Below, piece after piece: positions 50,472 through 60,664 of a stretch of DNA of 64,000 nucleotides. Source of the stretch: an uncultured virus (IMG/VR IMGVR_UViG_3300036761_004198). Taxonomy: Duplodnaviria > Heunggongvirae > Uroviricota > Caudoviricetes. The stretch lies in IMG/VR virus record IMGVR_UViG_3300036761_004198. The stretch is one strand, 5' to 3'. Positions within the stretch are counted from its first letter, which is position 1, and each line of letters starts with the position of its first letter. The position numbers and the translations under genes are program-made. Below the pieces are notes generated by a model. It was not told the DNA's origin. It ran no database searches and saw nothing but the letters and a program-made list of their open reading frames with translations.

Positions 50472-50548
50472 GGGTAGTCCGCTACCCAGGGACGCGGGAC
50501 GCGGACTTGCTCCTCCAGATCCCTTTCCTCGCGCGGCACGCCGCGTGT
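50472..50548 (+). promoter_or_regulatory. proximal GGGT-N8-ACCC box and sigma54-like promoter
   Basis: Box 50472-50487; CGGCACG-ccgc-GTGT 13 nt before ATG 50562. Confidence 0.65.
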
Positions 50549-50561
50549 ACTACCCAGCGGC

Positions 50562-51122
50562 ATGACGACGGCCCACATCGAGCAGCAGCTCCTGACCCTT
50601 GTCGAGTCCTCGATCGAGGACACTCGCGTCCCCGATGCGATCGCCACGCACGCTGACAAGCGCGCGGGCAAGCCGGTCACCAAGACCGACGCGGAGCAGC
50701 TCGAAGCGCAGCTCGGCGTTCCGGTCCGCATCCGCCGCCAGTACGGCATGACCCACGTCGCGTGGGCGATCGGCACGGGACAGAACCCCTGGAGCGACGA
50801 GCGATCGATCCTGCTCGCGCACGCGGACAGCGGTGTCCGCTGGCCGAGCGGCGCCGATCTGCGCCAGAAGGAGCCCGCGTACTTCGGCGCACGCGACGAG
50901 CGTAACGCCGCTCGCCGCCAGCTCCTCCAGGAGCACGCGACCATGCGCGGGGCGATCGGTGGTGAGAAGCCGGACGAGGACGACGCGAGCGCGATCTATC
51001 GTGCAGCGCAGGTGATCGTGAAGCTCCGCGAGGCCCGCGCCGAGCTGGAGAAGCTGACCGACTACGGCGGACCGCTGAACGTCGTGCTCTATGCCGTCGA
51101 GAAGCTCGCCAAGGAAGGGTAG
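50562..51122 (+). CDS. hypothetical protein
   Basis: First ORF after promoter; internal EHATMR. Confidence 0.7.
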   Translation: MTTAHIEQQLLTLVESSIEDTRVPDAIATHADKRAGKPVTKTDAEQLEAQLGVPVRIRRQYGMTHVAWAIGTGQNPWSDERSILLAHADSGVRWPSGADLRQKEPAYFGARDERNAARRQLLQEHATMRGAIGGEKPDEDDASAIYRAAQVIVKLREARAELEKLTDYGGPLNVVLYAVEKLAKEG

Positions 51123-51131
51123 GATCGGAAC

Positions 51132-51575
51132 ATGGCCATGCAGGGCAAGCTTGTCGACCGGAACGGTGCGCTCCACGTGCTGTACCAGACGACATTCGAC
51201 CAAGAGCCGATCCGCCGATCGCTCTACTGGAAGGTGATCCAGACGACCGGCAATCCGTACGGTCACGAGCGCCCGGCTGCCGGCGACAGCGTGCGCTACA
51301 GCAGCTCGGGGAGCTGGGCCGTCACCAACCGCAGGGCGGGCGGTGTCTCGACAGGTGACGGCACCGTCGATGCCGCCTTCGTCGAAGACGCGCCGGTACC
51401 GCCGCCACAGGCCCGCGGCAAGGAACTCCGCTGGTACCAGGGGCGCTGGCAACGATCGTCCACCAAGGGCTGGATCGACGCGGGCGAGGGAAGCTCGAAA
51501 CCACGCGGCCGAAGAAGCCGTGCGGCTCAGCTCGACTCCGAGATCACAGAGGCGCTCTCGGGACGAAAGGAGTGA
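51132..51575 (+). CDS. QLDxEIA-tag protein (C-terminal tag)
   Basis: RRSRAAQLDSEITEAL at 51510-51557. Confidence 0.75.
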   Translation: MAMQGKLVDRNGALHVLYQTTFDQEPIRRSLYWKVIQTTGNPYGHERPAAGDSVRYSSSGSWAVTNRRAGGVSTGDGTVDAAFVEDAPVPPPQARGKELRWYQGRWQRSSTKGWIDAGEGSSKPRGRRSRAAQLDSEITEALSGRKE

Positions 51576-51578
51576 CCC

Positions 51579-52331
51579 GTGCCTGCACGGAAGAAGAAGC
51601 CCTCGCCCTACACGTCCGAATCTCTCGCGGTGTCGCGACGCGGCCCACTCCACGAGGAGCGCGCGATCATCTACGATCTGATGTCGCACTACCGTCACCT
51701 CCAGTCGACGCTGGCATACTACGACCGCTCGACCGGCAAGCCGATCGCTGACGAAGCCGAGAAGCTCCGGCAGGAGACGTGGCGGCGCATCGAGGCACTT
51801 TCTGGGTCGTCGCGTGCCAAGGCACGCGAGCTTTGCACTCGTATCATCGACGGCGAGACCGTACCGATCGACGAGCTGCGCCGCGTAACGACACCTGAAA
51901 CTACGCGAGCGTTTTTGGGCAAACAGCAGCACGCGACGAAGAAGACAGCGAGGCAGCTCGACGGCGAGATCGCCGATGCGCTCACGCAACGGTCCAAGAA
52001 GCCGTCGTCCATGGTGCTTGCGGTGTTTGAGAGCATGGTCGACAACGCCGAGACCGAGGGTGGCGAGAACCTGTCCCTTGGACAACGCGGCTTGGGCTAC
52101 ACCGGTGATCCCAAGGAGTTCCGCTTCAGCAAGATCTTCGCGAGCCGTATCCCAGGCGCCAAGTACGAGCGCCTCGTCGAGATCATCGAAGAGCACAGCC
52201 AGCGGCCCCACGATCGGCTCGGTCGAGTGTTCACACCGAAGGAAGCCGCTTGGATGCTTGCCGAGGCGCGCAAGATCTACGGTGACGAGCGCCGTCACAT
52301 CGATAACGTCCTGCGCGAGAGGAATCTCTAG
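51579..52331 (+). CDS. QLDxEIA-tag protein (internal tag)
   Basis: HATKKTARQLDGEIADAL at 51930-51983. Confidence 0.75.
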   Translation: MPARKKKPSPYTSESLAVSRRGPLHEERAIIYDLMSHYRHLQSTLAYYDRSTGKPIADEAEKLRQETWRRIEALSGSSRAKARELCTRIIDGETVPIDELRRVTTPETTRAFLGKQQHATKKTARQLDGEIADALTQRSKKPSSMVLAVFESMVDNAETEGGENLSLGQRGLGYTGDPKEFRFSKIFASRIPGAKYERLVEIIEEHSQRPHDRLGRVFTPKEAAWMLAEARKIYGDERRHIDNVLRERNL

Positions 52332-52413
52332 TCATGTCACAAGAACTTATTGTCTTTCATCCCGACGGCGATCTCCGCACCAATCTCTCGCGCGAGATGT
52401 ACAGGGCCTGACG

Positions 52414-52743
52414 ATGCTCGCGCGCAAGAAGAAGGAAGGCTACTACTACGTCGGCGGCATGCTACGCGACGAGCTGATCGAGGGCATCGACGCGCTCGGC
52501 TGGGAAGGCGAGGACGCGAAGCGTGCTGCCAAAATCAAGGTCGCACTCCAGATCGCTACCCCGCGCCGCAGCGGCTACCTGTTCGACGTGCACGATTGGG
52601 ACTGGGAGGACTTCGACTTCCTGAAGTCGATCCTCGTCGACGTTGTCGAGACGGACCTCGGCCACACGGCAGCGTCTCGCGGGATTGGCCTTGGCAGCAC
52701 GCCGATCGGCCGTCAGATCCGCGCGCTACGGGAGAAGCTGTGA
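52414..52743 (+). CDS. hypothetical protein
   Basis: MLARKKKEG start; overlap with next gene. Confidence 0.55.
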   Translation: MLARKKKEGYYYVGGMLRDELIEGIDALGWEGEDAKRAAKIKVALQIATPRRSGYLFDVHDWDWEDFDFLKSILVDVVETDLGHTAASRGIGLGSTPIGRQIRALREKL

Positions 52744-53078
52744 CCACGCGAAAGTCTGCTGCCCGGCTCGACAGGGCCGAAACGCGCGGCGACAAACCGC
52801 GCGTCCTGCGCGTACGCCTCTCGACGGGGCTCGCTCGCGCGATCCAGCGCCGCAGCGGCGTCGCCGTATTCCAGGCACTCCAGCACGGCAAGCGCGACTA
52901 CATGTTCGAGTCGTCCGACGCGGGCGCGGTTCGCGCGTTCTGGATTGCGCTGACCGCCGTTTACTACCACGCCCCGAGCGGCTCGGGCGGGCGCGCGATC
53001 GCCGAGGCCGCGGGGGCCAAGCGCGCCGAGCTGCTCGCCACGATCCAGGACGTCTGGCCCGAGGCGCTGACAGAATGA
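52740..53078 (+). CDS. hypothetical protein with degenerate N-terminal tag
   Basis: VTTRKSAARLDRAE. Confidence 0.55.
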   Translation: MTTRKSAARLDRAETRGDKPRVLRVRLSTGLARAIQRRSGVAVFQALQHGKRDYMFESSDAGAVRAFWIALTAVYYHAPSGSGGRAIAEAAGAKRAELLATIQDVWPEALTE

Positions 53079-53268
53079 AGGCCATGCCAAAGATCTGCGA
53101 ACGCTGCGGGGACACCGAGTGGCCCTGCTTCGTCGTCAACGGGCTCTGTCGCATGTGCCAGGCACGGCGACGTGACGAGCGGCGCCACGAGCGCCGCATC
53201 GAGCACCGCGACCAGGAGACGGCATCGTGTACCTGACGACACAGCGCGTGATCTCGCCCAGTGACGAG

Positions 53269-53301
53269 AACGGCATCAACGGCATCAACGGCATCAACGG
53301 C
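53269..53301 (+). repeat. (AACGGCATC)x3.7 tandem repeat in a 38-codon ORF 53227..53343
   Basis: Encodes NGINGINGING. Confidence 0.75.
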
Positions 53302-53339
53302 TTTCTCTTCGAGCATGGCGCCGCCGCGGGTGCGCCCCG

Positions 53340-54266
53340 ATGAAACCTGTCGACCTCCCCGATCCCGCATCGCACCCACACGGGACGCGCGCCCGTTACG
53401 TCAGCATGAAGTGCCGTTGCGACGCCTGCCGCGCAGCGAACACGCAGTTCGCACGGGACTGTGCCGCGCGCGCGAAGGCGCGCGCGCTCGAAGCGGCGAC
53501 CGGCGCAGCTGCGGAACCGGCACCGCAGATCTGGACCGCGCCCGACGGCTCAAAGCAGATTCGCATCTACAAGCGCCTCTGCGCGGGCATCAACGGCCAA
53601 CCCTGCCCGACGAAGTCGCACCTGCGTAAGGATTCGACCGGCGACATCTGCGGAAGGTGCCGCATCGGTCTCGCCTACGCCGGCCTCGTGTCGAGCGAAC
53701 GAGCGCGGGCACATCTCAAAAAGCTCGCCCAGGAGGGTGTCGGGAAGATTGCCGTGCGTGATGCCTGCGATGTAGCCGCCTCGATGCTGCACGAGATCCG
53801 GCGGGGCCGCTATCCGCGGATCCGCGTCGAGACCGAGCGCCGCATCCTCGCGGTCGATCGCGAGGCAGTCGCAGATCACGCGATCATCGACGGCCGGCGG
53901 ACGCACCGCGCGATCGCCAAGATGCTCGGCCACGGTCTCACCAAGGGCGAGATCGCCCAGCGCCTCGGCTGCGAGACGCCCGCACTCCAGATCAAGCATC
54001 GCGTGATCGCGAAGACCGAGGCCCGCGTCCTGCGCCTGCTCGCCCAGGTCCGCGCTGAGGCCCTGGCGTGCAAGTGTTCGCCGAAGATCTGTCCGATCTG
54101 CGGGCTGTCGCACGCGCGGACCGACCGGCTGCGCGTGATCGCGCGCATGCTGCCCGCAGACTTCGTGGAGGTCCATGCCGCCTGGCCGTGCCTCTACGAG
54201 AACACGAACACGGGCTACGTGCGGTTCTTGCGCGATCGGCGCGTCCTCCAGGAGAAAATGCCGTGA
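53340..54266 (+). CDS. Cys-rich phage DNA-binding-like protein
   Basis: HGT..RY...CRCDACRAA; HTH-like segments. Confidence 0.65.
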   Translation: MKPVDLPDPASHPHGTRARYVSMKCRCDACRAANTQFARDCAARAKARALEAATGAAAEPAPQIWTAPDGSKQIRIYKRLCAGINGQPCPTKSHLRKDSTGDICGRCRIGLAYAGLVSSERARAHLKKLAQEGVGKIAVRDACDVAASMLHEIRRGRYPRIRVETERRILAVDREAVADHAIIDGRRTHRAIAKMLGHGLTKGEIAQRLGCETPALQIKHRVIAKTEARVLRLLAQVRAEALACKCSPKICPICGLSHARTDRLRVIARMLPADFVEVHAAWPCLYENTNTGYVRFLRDRRVLQEKMP

Positions 54267-54685
54267 AGATGTCCGCGTCCGCCGAGATCTGGAAAAGCCT
54301 CACGCAGCGCCAGCGCCTGGAGCTGCTCGGCGTAGCAGAAACCGGCGTCCATGAAGTCGTCGATCCGTACGACGATGAAACCGACGAAGTGATCGCGGCG
54401 GTCAAGGCGAGTGTCGGGATCGACGACCCACGACTCGATTTCTTTACGTGGTCGCGCACCACGAGAGGGGCGCTTGTCAAGAAAGGGCTGATCAAGATCA
54501 GGCCGATCCAGGGGGCGCGGGATCTGGCGAACGTCGAGCTGACTACCCTCGGACGAAGAGTCGTCGAGCGCGCGAAGTCGATCATGCACCGCGCGGCCTC
54601 TTCGGCCGAGACGGGTGCTCACAACAAGAAGAGTGCGCGGGAACTCAACGCCGAGATCGCCGAGGTACTCCAGGAGAAGCTATGA
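54263..54685 (+). CDS. QLDxEIA-tag protein (C-terminal tag)
   Basis: HNKKSARELNAEIAEVL at 54620-54670. Confidence 0.7.
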   Translation: MKMSASAEIWKSLTQRQRLELLGVAETGVHEVVDPYDDETDEVIAAVKASVGIDDPRLDFFTWSRTTRGALVKKGLIKIRPIQGARDLANVELTTLGRRVVERAKSIMHRAASSAETGAHNKKSARELNAEIAEVLQEKL

Positions 54686-55065
54686 AGCCTGCCCGCGTCT
54701 TCCTGTCCGTCCAGCCCGTCGGCCACCGCAAGCCAGCAGGCGCTAATCCGTTCACCTACCGCGAGACGCGGCCCTCGCGTTGGCGCGCAAGCTGGTGGAC
54801 ACGCGGCACGACGACCGAACTGTACCGTGGCAAGCCCGTCGCTACGCAGGAGGAAGCCGTGCGCCTGGCCCGCGCGTGGCTCGGCCGCAGAAACAAGGAG
54901 GCCGAGGCCGAGGGACGGCCGGCCGACACGCGCCTGATCGACACGACCGACCAGCCCGAGCGCTACGGCTACGCGCACGAGCCAACCACACCCGCCGAGA
55001 AGAAGAAGAGCGCCGCGCAGCTTGACGCCGAGATCGCCGCGTCGCTCGCGAGAGGAGAGCACTGA
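54682..55065 (+). CDS. QLDxEIA-tag protein (C-terminal tag)
   Basis: KKKSAAQLDAEIAASL at 55000-55047. Confidence 0.75.
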   Translation: MKPARVFLSVQPVGHRKPAGANPFTYRETRPSRWRASWWTRGTTTELYRGKPVATQEEAVRLARAWLGRRNKEAEAEGRPADTRLIDTTDQPERYGYAHEPTTPAEKKKSAAQLDAEIAASLARGEH

Positions 55066-55066
55066 C

Positions 55067-55369
55067 ATGCGCGAAGTTCGCCGTACCTTCCACGTGGGAC
55101 CGCGCGGCCTCACCCGCCCGATCGTTCTGCGCAGCACCGCCCCTGGGTACTGGCGAGCGCCCGACAACGCCCTGTTTCTGCACCACGGTCACGTGTGGCT
55201 GGGTCCGATCGAGAAGTGGATCGCGCCACACACGGAGCGCACGTTCACCTCGCTCCAGTCCGCCGTGAACGACTGGGCGCGCGCGGGACAGGCAGCCCAA
55301 GAGAAGAAGAGCCCGCAGCAGCTCGACGCCGAGATCGCTGAGGTGCTCGCGCGGGAGCCGCGGCCGTGA
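55067..55369 (+). CDS. QLDxEIA-tag protein (C-terminal tag)
   Basis: KKSPQQLDAEIAEVL at 55304-55348. Confidence 0.75.
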   Translation: MREVRRTFHVGPRGLTRPIVLRSTAPGYWRAPDNALFLHHGHVWLGPIEKWIAPHTERTFTSLQSAVNDWARAGQAAQEKKSPQQLDAEIAEVLAREPRP

Positions 55370-56179
55370 AGGTAGCCTCGATCTTCTTCAACGCCCCCGA
55401 GGCGCGACGCGCATATCAGGACGCGCTCCGCAAGCGCATGTACGCGGCCGGCTACGAGCCGCACCAGGTGACGGAGTACCTGCGCCTGTGGTTCCCGTCG
55501 AAGAAGCTGACCGGCTTCATCTCGGGCACGGACGTCGCGGAGCGCGCCGCCGACGTCGCGGGAGAGGTGCACGGCGTCATGGTCAAGATCAAGGTGGAGC
55601 CGTGAGCTTTGACGACGAGCGGCGCGAATGCCCGTTTCTGATCCAGCCCGGCATCGTGCCGCGTCCCGCAAACGCGCTCTGCATCGAGGCTGGTGCGTGG
55701 CCATCGGCGCGCTGCACGCTGAAGCTTCCAGAGCACTGGAAAGGCCCCGGAGCTTCCGCGCTTCGCTGGCTCGGATCGGGCGGGAGTGCGCTCGTCTTCG
55801 GGCGCTGCACGGCGAACTGCCCCCGCGAGAGCACGAAGCCCGAGGGCTCGAAGTGACCGTCGATGAGGTCGTCACGATGCTCCTGGAGCTGGGCTTCGCC
55901 CCGGCCGGTGAGACGGCCGAGCAGGTCGTTCGTATCCCGACGATGCGATCCCCCGTCTATGGGGGCCTCGGTGGCGAGCGGCGCACGCTCGGCGGTCGGG
56001 CGCGCTACGCGCTGCCCGGCACCGACCTGCGCGTAACCGTCGGTCCGCGCACAACGAACGTGTACTTCTCGCGCGGCGGCGGTAAGACCGAGTTCGTGTT
56101 GAACGAGAAAACGAAGGAGCTGACCGCGCCCGCCCTTCGTGACGTCGTGACTTCCGCGACGGGCAAGGAGTCCTAAACG

Positions 56180-56740
56180 ATGGCCGCCAAGCCGCGCAAG
56201 AAGAAGGAGCCCACTCTCTCCAAGGAGGCCGCGCTCGAGATCGTTCGGCGCCTCATGCGATCGACAGGCTTTGACGAGGAGGGGCAAGAGGGCGATCGGA
56301 TCCACTTCGGTTCCCGCGAGGGTGGCGACATGGAAGAGGATCGCGCCGATCCGGCCCTCGTACGATTTGCCCTCACGAGGGCCAAGGAAATCGAGGCCGC
56401 TGTCCCCGGATCGAAGGTGCGTGTCGAGCCGGTCGACGAGTGGGTCACGATCGATGTGACGCTGCCGTCCGAGGCCGCGAAGGCAACGAAGCCGCCAAAG
56501 CCACCGAAGCCTCCGAAGGCCGCGATCATTTCCCCCGCCGCGCCACCCGCTCCGCAACAGCGACGCTACCTCAAGCCCGGCGACGAGGTTGACTACACGA
56601 ACTTCACGATCGGCGGCTCGTTCAAGGGCACAGCGATCGTGTCGTGGGATCACGGCAAGTACGTCGAGGCGCGTACGCTCGGCGGCGAGAGACTCCATCT
56701 GGAGCGCGCCGCCGATGGATCGCTCAGAAGGTTTACGTGA
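56180..56740 (+). CDS. hypothetical two-module protein with KPP linker
   Basis: AAGGAG RBS; KPPKPPKPPK. Confidence 0.65.
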   Translation: MAAKPRKKKEPTLSKEAALEIVRRLMRSTGFDEEGQEGDRIHFGSREGGDMEEDRADPALVRFALTRAKEIEAAVPGSKVRVEPVDEWVTIDVTLPSEAAKATKPPKPPKPPKAAIISPAAPPAPQQRRYLKPGDEVDYTNFTIGGSFKGTAIVSWDHGKYVEARTLGGERLHLERAADGSLRRFT

Positions 56741-57093
56741 AGAAGACGGCGCCCCAGCTCGACGCCGAAATCGCGGAAGCGCTCTCCGCGCACGAGGAGC
56801 TCGCCCGCCGCCAGCGGCAGCGGATGTCCAGGCTCCGACCCGTCGAGGGTCTATGGATCCCCGCCGACGCACGCGATGAACTGACGCGCTTTTGGCAGGC
56901 GCGTCCCGCCTTGAGGAAGGGCTGTCTGGGCAAGTATGGCTTCGATCCGATCGACGAGGAGACGTCCTACTGGCGCTTCGGTTTGGCCGAACCAGATCAC
57001 AGCGACGTTCTGCGTGCAGTTCGACGGGACGGCGGCGTCTTCTCGCTTCCGCACGTCAAGCGCTGGGAGATCGAAGAGCTGAGGGACGCATGA
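56737..57093 (+). CDS. QLDxEIA-tag protein (N-terminal tag)
   Basis: VKKTAPQLDAEIAEAL. Confidence 0.75.
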   Translation: MKKTAPQLDAEIAEALSAHEELARRQRQRMSRLRPVEGLWIPADARDELTRFWQARPALRKGCLGKYGFDPIDEETSYWRFGLAEPDHSDVLRAVRRDGGVFSLPHVKRWEIEELRDA

Positions 57094-57521
57094 ACACGCG
57101 CGACCAGAAGGTTCACGTGAAGAAGACGGCGTCCCAGCTCGACGCCGAGATTGCAGAAGCACTCGCGGGCGAGCACTACTACGTCACGATCGACCGGCGC
57201 GGCGGGCACAGAACGATCTACGGACCGTTCGAGACGCTCAAAGACGCCGAGTACGCGGGCTACTTCGCCAAACCCGTTGCCGAGCGCGACAGCCAGCCTG
57301 CCAACATCTACTTCATGCGCGGCGTGCAGCGCTACGACGCGGACGAGATCAGGAGCCTCTCCGACTACCCCGGGGAGTACGACCTGAAGAGCGTGAAGCT
57401 GAAACTGGGTAATCCACCCGTGCACCCGTCGTGGCGTGCGTTCGACAAGACCGACAAGACCTTCCGCGTGGAGCTGCGCGACAAGGACTACGAGCACTAC
57501 CAGCTGATCATGCGCAGGTGA
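57090..57521 (+). CDS. QLDxEIA-tag protein (N-terminal tag)
   Basis: MNTRDQKVHVKKTASQLDAEIAEAL. Confidence 0.75.
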   Translation: MNTRDQKVHVKKTASQLDAEIAEALAGEHYYVTIDRRGGHRTIYGPFETLKDAEYAGYFAKPVAERDSQPANIYFMRGVQRYDADEIRSLSDYPGEYDLKSVKLKLGNPPVHPSWRAFDKTDKTFRVELRDKDYEHYQLIMRR

Positions 57522-57529
57522 TCCCAAAG

Positions 57530-58096
57530 ATGCCCAAGAAAACGGCCAAACAACTCGACCGCGAAATCACCGAAGCGCTCACGCGATCGTACCCGAACAA
57601 CCGTCCGTGGTGGATCTGGCAGCTTTCGCCAAAGCCGAAGGTCACTAAGAAGGTTGACCTGCCCTGGGCTTATTCTTGGAAGGGCGTCACCGAAGGGCAG
57701 CCGTTCTCACGCGAGGACATCCGCTCGCTCATGGGCTTCAAGGATATGGCCAAGCTCAAAGCGCTGCCTCGTCGTTTCGGTTCGATGCTGGCCGTCGAAA
57801 TGACAGCGCCGGGAATGCGGCGAATGCTAACGCCCCCGCTGTACGTGTTCGCAGACTTGAAGAAGATCGATCCGCAGCTCGATCTGCGCGACATTGGCAG
57901 TCCTCGCTTCTGGATCCAGCCCGAGATCTATCAAGCGACGCACGGCGAGATCTACCAGGGTGAGAATGCGCAAGACTTGCTCGACGTCGATCGCGACGCC
58001 TTGACTGAAGCTGCTGATCAGAGAGCCGTGAACGACGTGCTGGTCGCTCTCGACGCGTATCTAACGACAGATCGACCCGACGTGCGCTTCGTGTGA
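57530..58096 (+). CDS. QLDxEIA-tag protein (N-terminal tag)
   Basis: MPKKTAKQLDREITEAL. Confidence 0.75.
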   Translation: MPKKTAKQLDREITEALTRSYPNNRPWWIWQLSPKPKVTKKVDLPWAYSWKGVTEGQPFSREDIRSLMGFKDMAKLKALPRRFGSMLAVEMTAPGMRRMLTPPLYVFADLKKIDPQLDLRDIGSPRFWIQPEIYQATHGEIYQGENAQDLLDVDRDALTEAADQRAVNDVLVALDAYLTTDRPDVRFV

Positions 58097-58762
58097 CCAT
58101 GACCCACGTGAAGGCACGCGGACGTCGACGGCAGGCGCGTGAAGGACTCGAACGCCGGATGATCACGACGCCCGGCGGGCGCTGCATCGATGAAGTCGGT
58201 GAGGCGTACAAGCTGGGACAACAGAGCGCGACACGCGCCTGGATCGGCATGAACCCGTTCAATCCCGAACACGGCAAGCTCGAACACGGCGTTGCGATGG
58301 TAGCCCTCGATCTCATGATCAACGATCAGCTTGAAGCCGCGCTGAAGCTGCTCGGATTCAGAACTCCTGACTTCGATCTTGGGGATCGTGCTGTCAGTGA
58401 AGGCTACCGACGCGGCTACGCGAACCAGCTCAAGGACTACTTGAGCTATGAAGGACGGAAGGCGTGATCCAGGACGACTTCAACACGATCGCCTGGCGGG
58501 ACTTCATCACGTGGGCGTGGAACGAGCCCGAGATGCGTGCGCAGTTCACTGCGGCCACGGGCGTTGAAATCCAGTCGGTAACCGCGCCGATCAACGCGGC
58601 GATCGACGCGGCGACCGGAGCAAACGACAGCCGCGCCGCGCGGTTCATCGAATGGGCGACGCGCGCGCACTGGGGCGTCGAGTCGGCGCCCGTCGCGTAC
58701 CAGAAGGCGATCGCCGCCAAGAAGAAGATCCAGGCTCTCGCCGCCAAGAAGATCCGGCGCCC

Positions 58763-59200
58763 ATGAACGCGAGAGCGATCCGCACGCTGTCGGAAGCGGA
58801 GGTGATCCGCCGCTGGGCCGATCTGTACGCGGCCGGCAAGCACAAAGGCTACGCGCCGCCGAACCCAGAGCCGTACCTCGGCCGCGACGTGACGTGGGTC
58901 GAGGTCGAGGTGCCGCACGACCTCTATGATGCGGATTGGAACGCCCCCGAGAGCATGCCGCTATCATCGAAGCAGATCGAGTGTGCCGATTGTTATGCTC
59001 GGATGCCCGGGTCTCTGCCGCCGGGCATGGCTGGCTACACGGGGCGCCGCGCCAAGCGCCGCCTCGGTAAGCTGTTCGTCTCCGACGGCAACCACCGCGC
59101 CTACGCCGCGTTCCTGCGCGGCAGCCCCACAGCGCACTTCTACATGCCGCAGAGCGAGTGGAGACACTTCCAACAAGTTCAACAGGAGGTCCAACTCTGA
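58763..59200 (+). CDS. ParB/Srx-like domain protein
   Basis: LFVSDGNHRAYAA. Confidence 0.6.
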   Translation: MNARAIRTLSEAEVIRRWADLYAAGKHKGYAPPNPEPYLGRDVTWVEVEVPHDLYDADWNAPESMPLSSKQIECADCYARMPGSLPPGMAGYTGRRAKRRLGKLFVSDGNHRAYAAFLRGSPTAHFYMPQSEWRHFQQVQQEVQL

Positions 59201-60103
59201 TGCCGAAGCCGCAGCCGACGTACCCACGATGGATCGTCATCTACTACATCCACACCCCCGGTTCGACGTGGCTCGGAAAGGGCGTGGAGTTTTTCGACGA
59301 CGAAGCACCTGCGCGCAAGCGCGGTCACGAGACGAAGGGCACCAGCCGCCCGTTCTATCCGCCCTACGATCGTCAGTACCTGGGCGCCGCGCAGGGGTAC
59401 GCCGCACCTGTTCCCTTGACGGCGTACCTCCAGGAGCAACGGTCGTGAGAAAGGAAGCGCCCCATGGATGAGGTTCCCGCGGAGGACATCGCCGGCAAGA
59501 TCGTCGAACGCGCCGTCGCGCTCGTGCGTCGTCCCGTACGCCTGCGCGGCACCACGCTCGAAGTGTTCTACGTCGACGCGAAAGAGCAGCTTCCGACGCA
59601 GAAGAAGCTCCACGACGGACTGCAAGAAGTCCTGCAAGAAGTCCTGAAGATCGACGCGCGGCGCTTGACGATCATCTTCCACACGCGCGGCGAAACGCAT
59701 CGGCTCTACGCGGACTTCGTCGACAAGTTTCCCCACCACTGTGACTACAACGTCGAGGTCAACTTCGACGGCAAGCGCAAGTTCTTCTGCGACCTGTGCG
59801 GAGGAGCCTTCTGATGGCAGCGGCGAAACACGTCCTAACCGAGACGAACTACTGCGCCACGATGTTCGAGCACCGCCCGGTCAACGGGCGCTATCGCTGT
59901 ACGGCAGCTGGACGCTACATCGACACGAACGGACGTGTGATCTGCGAGCGCTGCGCGAAGGGCCTCGTGGTCACCAAGCTCACCGCGGTCCCCAAGCTTC
60001 TCCAGATCGTCGACCAACTGCTCGCCACGAAGGAGACCCTGACCGACGAGCTGCGCGCCGAGCTGCGGACCCTCGTGGCCCAAGCCCCGAGGGAGGTCTT
60101 GCC

Positions 60104-60664
60104 GTGATCACGATCGTGCACGGCGGACAAACCGGCGTCGATCGCGGCGCGCACGAGGCCGCGATCAACAACGGCTGGAGCCTCGCGGGCTACATGACGC
60201 GCGACCAGCGCGACGAGCTCGGCCAGATCCCGCCCGACGTCGCGCGGTTTCTCGTGGCGATCGACAAGACGAGCTACGCGGCGCGCACCGAGGCCAACGT
60301 GCGTGCGGCCACCGCAGCCCTGATCGTCGTACAAGACGCAAACGACCCGGGCGTCACGCCCGGCACCGCCAAGACGATCGATCTCGTCATGGAGCGCCGG
60401 ATGCGCCGGACGATCGTTGACCCTCAGGCGGACGCGACCGTGATCGCACGCTGGATCTGGACCGATCTCCGCATGATGAGCACGTTGCCCTTGCCGCTCG
60501 AGATCGAGACGAAGGTCCTCGATCCGGTCCCCACGCGCCTGCTCGTCGCGGGACCCCGCGAGAGCAAGTGGCGGGGCGCCCGCGTCGAGACCGCGGCGCT
60601 GCTCCGGCGGGTCGGCCTGGCCCTCGTGGAGATCGCCCGTCCCCCGGTCCGAAAAGAGACCTGA
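60104..60664 (+). CDS. SLOG-fold putative molybdenum-carrier-like protein
   Basis: IVHGGQTGVDRGA...RTEANV...GT..T...VAGPRES. Confidence 0.8.
   Translation: MITIVHGGQTGVDRGAHEAAINNGWSLAGYMTRDQRDELGQIPPDVARFLVAIDKTSYAARTEANVRAATAALIVVQDANDPGVTPGTAKTIDLVMERRMRRTIVDPQADATVIARWIWTDLRMMSTLPLPLEIETKVLDPVPTRLLVAGPRESKWRGARVETAALLRRVGLALVEIARPPVRKET

Noticed and set aside
50550..52298. 582-aa minus-strand ORF and other long antisense ORFs (e.g. 46526..47794, 55589..56872)
   Set aside because: Shadow ORFs of high-GC sense genes that have RBSs, overlaps and recognisable motifs.
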